A stretch of 32,071 nt of DNA from contig BLSG01000037.1 of assembly GCA_012862495.1 (NCBI GenBank), positions 1-32,071 of the forward strand, read 5' to 3'. The notes beneath the pieces are model-generated. The model did no database searches. It had not been told where the DNA came from and saw only the letters and a list, made by a program, of their open reading frames with translations. The first letter of the stretch is position 1. Every line of letters starts with the position of its first letter. Position numbers and translations under genes: made by a program. This document shows positions 29,322 through 32,071 of this stretch, one piece after another. This stretch comes from Thraustochytrium aureum. Its lineage: Eukaryota.

Positions 29322-30181
29322 TGCTTATTATGTGCAATACTGCGGCTGGCGGCTGCCCTGCGGCGCCCAGCGAGCCGAGCTGGCTTGCTTGCTTGCTTGC
29401 ACCGCTTGCATCGTCTGCCAGTGTCGTGCCCTTTGACAATGCCGACTTCGAAATCACCCAACCCACTGAGAACTGTTTTTGTGTGCTTTTGTGGTCGTCG
29501 CCAGCGGGCGTGCCGGCGGGCGAGCGTTGTGGAGCAGTACCTGCTTGCGCGCCGGACCGGCGGCGTTCACAACGGTGGAGAGAAAGTTGAAACCTCAACA
29601 CCAACTCCAGCCCCAGCGTTCGGGCAGACCCCCCCAGTCAACGCACTTCCGCCGAGCCCGGCGCGGGCCCCACCATCAACCACGCTGCGTTTGTTTCTCA
29701 AGTCCTCGCCCGCCGCAGCCGATGCAGGAGTCAGGAGGACCGAAGGACATACGACCAAGGGAGGGAGGGAGGGGCAACACCACCACCACCATCATCACCA
29801 AGCAGCGCCAGCCGTGCGCGCGAGCACGAGCGAGTAAGTACAGTAAGCGAGTCACTCTTCTTCGCTCCATGAAGCGCTCCATCCAACGCGACCGACAGCG
29901 ATGCGCACTCTACGCGATTGATCGTTCGTGGGGCGGTCGCCTGATCGGGCGGCGACGTCCAAGCCCTCGCGCGAAAAAAAAAGATCAAAAAAACCATGAT
30001 CGGAAGGAAGGACACGAGCCCGATGCCATCCAGGCCACCATCTACCACACGCACGCACTCAGTCCATCAGTCCACTGGGCGAGGCCGAGAGCGCTTGGAC
30101 AGGCAGGCAGACGTCCAGACGACACGCGGCTGCTGCTCGACGACCGACCGCGGCGCTGTGTGCTGCAGCGGAGGGCGCAAG

Positions 30182-31111
30182 ATGGCCAAGTCGAAGGCCG
30201 TCGTCGTGCACAAGCACTGCGCGCCCGAGGAGCTCGCGTACGAGGATGTTGAGGTCGGGACGGCCGGCGACGGCCAGTGCCTGGTCGAGGTCAAGTGCGC
30301 GGGGGTCAACTTTCCAGACACGCTGANNNNNNNNNNNNNNNNNNNNNNNNNNNNNNNNNNNNNNNNNNNNNNNNNNNNNNNNNNNNNNNNNNNNNNNNNN
30401 NNNNNNNNNNNNNNNNNNNNNNNNNNNNNNNNNNNNNNNNNNNNNNNNNNNNNNNNNNNNNNNNNNNNNNNNNNNNNNNNNNNNNNNNNNNNNNNNNNNN
30501 NNNNNNNNNNNNNNNNNNNNNNNNNNNNNNNNNNNNNNNNNNNNNNNNNNNNNNNNNNNNNNNNNNNNNNNNNNNNNNNNNNNNNNNNNNNNNNNNNNNN
30601 NNNNNNNNNNNNNNNNNNNNNNNNNNNNNNNNNNNNNNNNNNNNNNNNNNNNNNNNAGTACGGCGCCGATCACCTGATCAACTACACGAACGAGGACCTG
30701 CGCGAGCGCATCAAGGAGATCACGAACGGGAACGGCGTGGACGTGGTCTACGACCCTGTGGGCGACAAGTTTGCCGAGCCCGCGATCCGGTCGCTCGCCT
30801 GGAAAGGCCGGTACTTGGTGATCGGGTTTGCCGGCGGCCAGATCCCCAAGATCCCGCTCAACCTGGCGCTCCTCAAGGGCTCGTCGATCGTGGGCGTGTT
30901 CTGGGGCGCCTTTACCGGGCGCGAGCCTGCCGCGCACATGGAGAACACGCAGCTGATCCTTGACTGGGTGGCGCAAGGCAAGATCCGACCGCTCGTGACG
31001 CAGACCTACCCGCTCGCGGAGGCCGGCCGCGCGCTGCGCGACATGCTGGACCGCAAGGTGACCGGGAAGGCTGTACTTCTCTGCGGCGCGGACGAGCAGA
31101 GCCGGCTCTGA
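30182..31111 (+). CDS. NADPH:quinone oxidoreductase-like protein (zeta-crystallin/QOR, MDR superfamily) with C-terminal PTS1; middle in gap
   Basis: CAAGATG start (MAKSKAVVVHKH), VEVKCAGVNFPDTL, GADHLINY, GVDVVYDPVG, GRYLVIGFAGGQIPKIPLNLALLKGSSIVGVFWG, YPLAEAGRAL, RKVTGKAVL; ends QSRL-stop. Confidence 0.92.
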   Translation: MAKSKAVVVHKHCAPEELAYEDVEVGTAGDGQCLVEVKCAGVNFPDTLXXXXXXXXXXXXXXXXXXXXXXXXXXXXXXXXXXXXXXXXXXXXXXXXXXXXXXXXXXXXXXXXXXXXXXXXXXXXXXXXXXXXXXXXXXXXXXXXXXXXXXXXXXXXXXXYGADHLINYTNEDLRERIKEITNGNGVDVVYDPVGDKFAEPAIRSLAWKGRYLVIGFAGGQIPKIPLNLALLKGSSIVGVFWGAFTGREPAAHMENTQLILDWVAQGKIRPLVTQTYPLAEAGRALRDMLDRKVTGKAVLLCGADEQSRL

Positions 31112-31260
31112 ATGTAGCAGAGCAAAAAAATCCTCGCTGTTACTCCCGCAGGGAGGCTTGAGCGATCTCGCTACGGGCGCGGTCCGAGCCACGCGCGCGC
31201 CAGGACCACGCCGTGCAGTGCATCGAGTGGGGCGGCGAGCAGAAGAGCAAGCAATTGATG

Positions 31261-31340
31261 AAGAAAGGAAACAAACAAACAAACAAAGCAAGCAGGCAAG
31301 CAAGAAAGGATGGAAGGAAAGAAAGAAAGAAAGAAAGAAA
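31261..31340. repeat. Compound microsatellite (AAAC)n/(AAGC)n/(GAAA)n
   Basis: Visible in the intergenic region between the convergent QOR and FERM genes. Confidence 0.9.
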
Positions 31341-31405
31341 CGAGGCATTGGAATCGGTTTGGACGGGGGCACACATGGTCAGCGAGGGGCCAGCGCCAGG
31401 CCCGC

Positions 31406-32071
31406 CTACTTGACGCTGCCGCCGCCCGCGCGCTGCGAGGCGATGAGCGCATAGTCGAGGATGAGCGACGAGAGGTCGCGCGCCTGGCTGGTGAAGAGCA
31501 CCATCTTGTTCTTCTTGTTTGTCTTGCGGTCAAAGACCAGAAGCCAAAACTGCGTCGAGGAGCCGCCCCAGCGGTGCAGGTCAGAGAACCGGTAGCTCTC
31601 GAGCGGCTGGCGCGAGAGCGTGAGGAAAGTGAGCCCCTCGTGGTTGACGCCACAAAGCATGTCCGAGCCGAGCTGTTCCTTGCGCACATAGAAAAAGTGA
31701 AACCCATAGAGCGGGCACTTTCGCGCGAGCTCGAGGTACTTTGCCTGGATGCTCTCGAGCGACTTTTTGGCCACCTTGCTGCGCACAGCGAGCACCGTCG
31801 AGGCCCAGCGCTCGTCGCTCTTCTTGGTGCGCCACGGCGCGGGCAGGTACGAGATGAGGTCGCAGTCGTCGAGCAAGCCCGCCTCCGAGGTGGGGAACAC
31901 CTCGTGGTCGGCCGCGATCGCCATCGCCGTCAGCAGCACCACGTCCGTCTCTTTGGTGATCGGCAGCGAGCCCGAGATCACGTCGTCGGCGGCCTGCAGG
32001 TAGCTGAGCCGCGAGTAAACCGGGTCCTTGGAGGGGCGGTCGTCGCTCCCGGGCAGAAAGATCTTGCGCTT
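31406..32071 (-). CDS. C-terminal FERM domain, probably of a MyTH4-FERM unconventional myosin (3' end only; runs off the window)
   Basis: Open from the window edge: KRKIFL...RLSYLQAADDVISGSLP (F1/F2), AKYLELARKCPLYGFHFF (FERM signature), LCGVNHEGLTFL...YRFSDLHRWG...TSQARDLSSLILDY (F3 PTB-like lobe); stop at 31406. The myosin assignment rests only on the FERM type and its terminal position. Confidence 0.85.
   Translation of the reverse strand, partial: KRKIFLPGSDDRPSKDPVYSRLSYLQAADDVISGSLPITKETDVVLLTAMAIAADHEVFPTSEAGLLDDCDLISYLPAPWRTKKSDERWASTVLAVRSKVAKKSLESIQAKYLELARKCPLYGFHFFYVRKEQLGSDMLCGVNHEGLTFLTLSRQPLESYRFSDLHRWGGSSTQFWLLVFDRKTNKKNKMVLFTSQARDLSSLILDYALIASQRAGGGSVK

Noticed and set aside
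29996..30181. 62-aa N-terminal extension of the QOR ORF
   Set aside because: Not MDR-like. The ATG at 30182 has a CAAG context like the sulfotransferase start and sits where the fold begins.
1..32071. Prokaryotic operon, defence system, tRNA or rRNA genes
   Set aside because: FERM, IQ, PTS1, microsatellite-rich intergenic DNA and the absence of operon structure indicate a eukaryote. No RNA gene was recognisable by eye.

Overview
GC-rich, intron-poor eukaryotic draft scaffold with six N-gaps (1405-1563, 4754-5196, 7516-7793, 13606-13722, 27632-27897, 30327-30656). Gene content and style suggest a stramenopile, most plausibly a labyrinthulomycete/thraustochytrid; this is inference. In order: (1) a Mutator/MULE-type transposase region on the minus strand (~89-4753), split by gaps, with long unrecognised N- and C-terminal extensions; (2) a peroxisomal-type 3-ketoacyl-CoA thiolase (+) with one apparent homopolymer frameshift; (3) a ~16.7 kb, apparently single-exon, minus-strand gene of ~5,570 aa. 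It has a signal peptide, Cys-rich repeats, 10 cadherin repeats, 13 IPT/TIG repeats, 9 predicted TM helices, a cytoplasmic IQ motif and a ~800 aa charged coiled-coil tail, which fits the stramenopile 'Nonagonal' 9-TM cadherins. Its most unusual feature is branching by domain insertion: a MIDAS-bearing VWA domain inside one IPT repeat, and a ~850 aa array of apparently nested (matryoshka) repeats inside another; (4) a Sulfotransfer_2-family sulfotransferase with TM helices inside the catalytic domain; (5) a QOR-type MDR oxidoreductase ending in PTS1 (SRL); (6) the C-terminal FERM domain of a probable MyTH4-FERM myosin. All domain calls are from reading motifs by eye; no searches were run.
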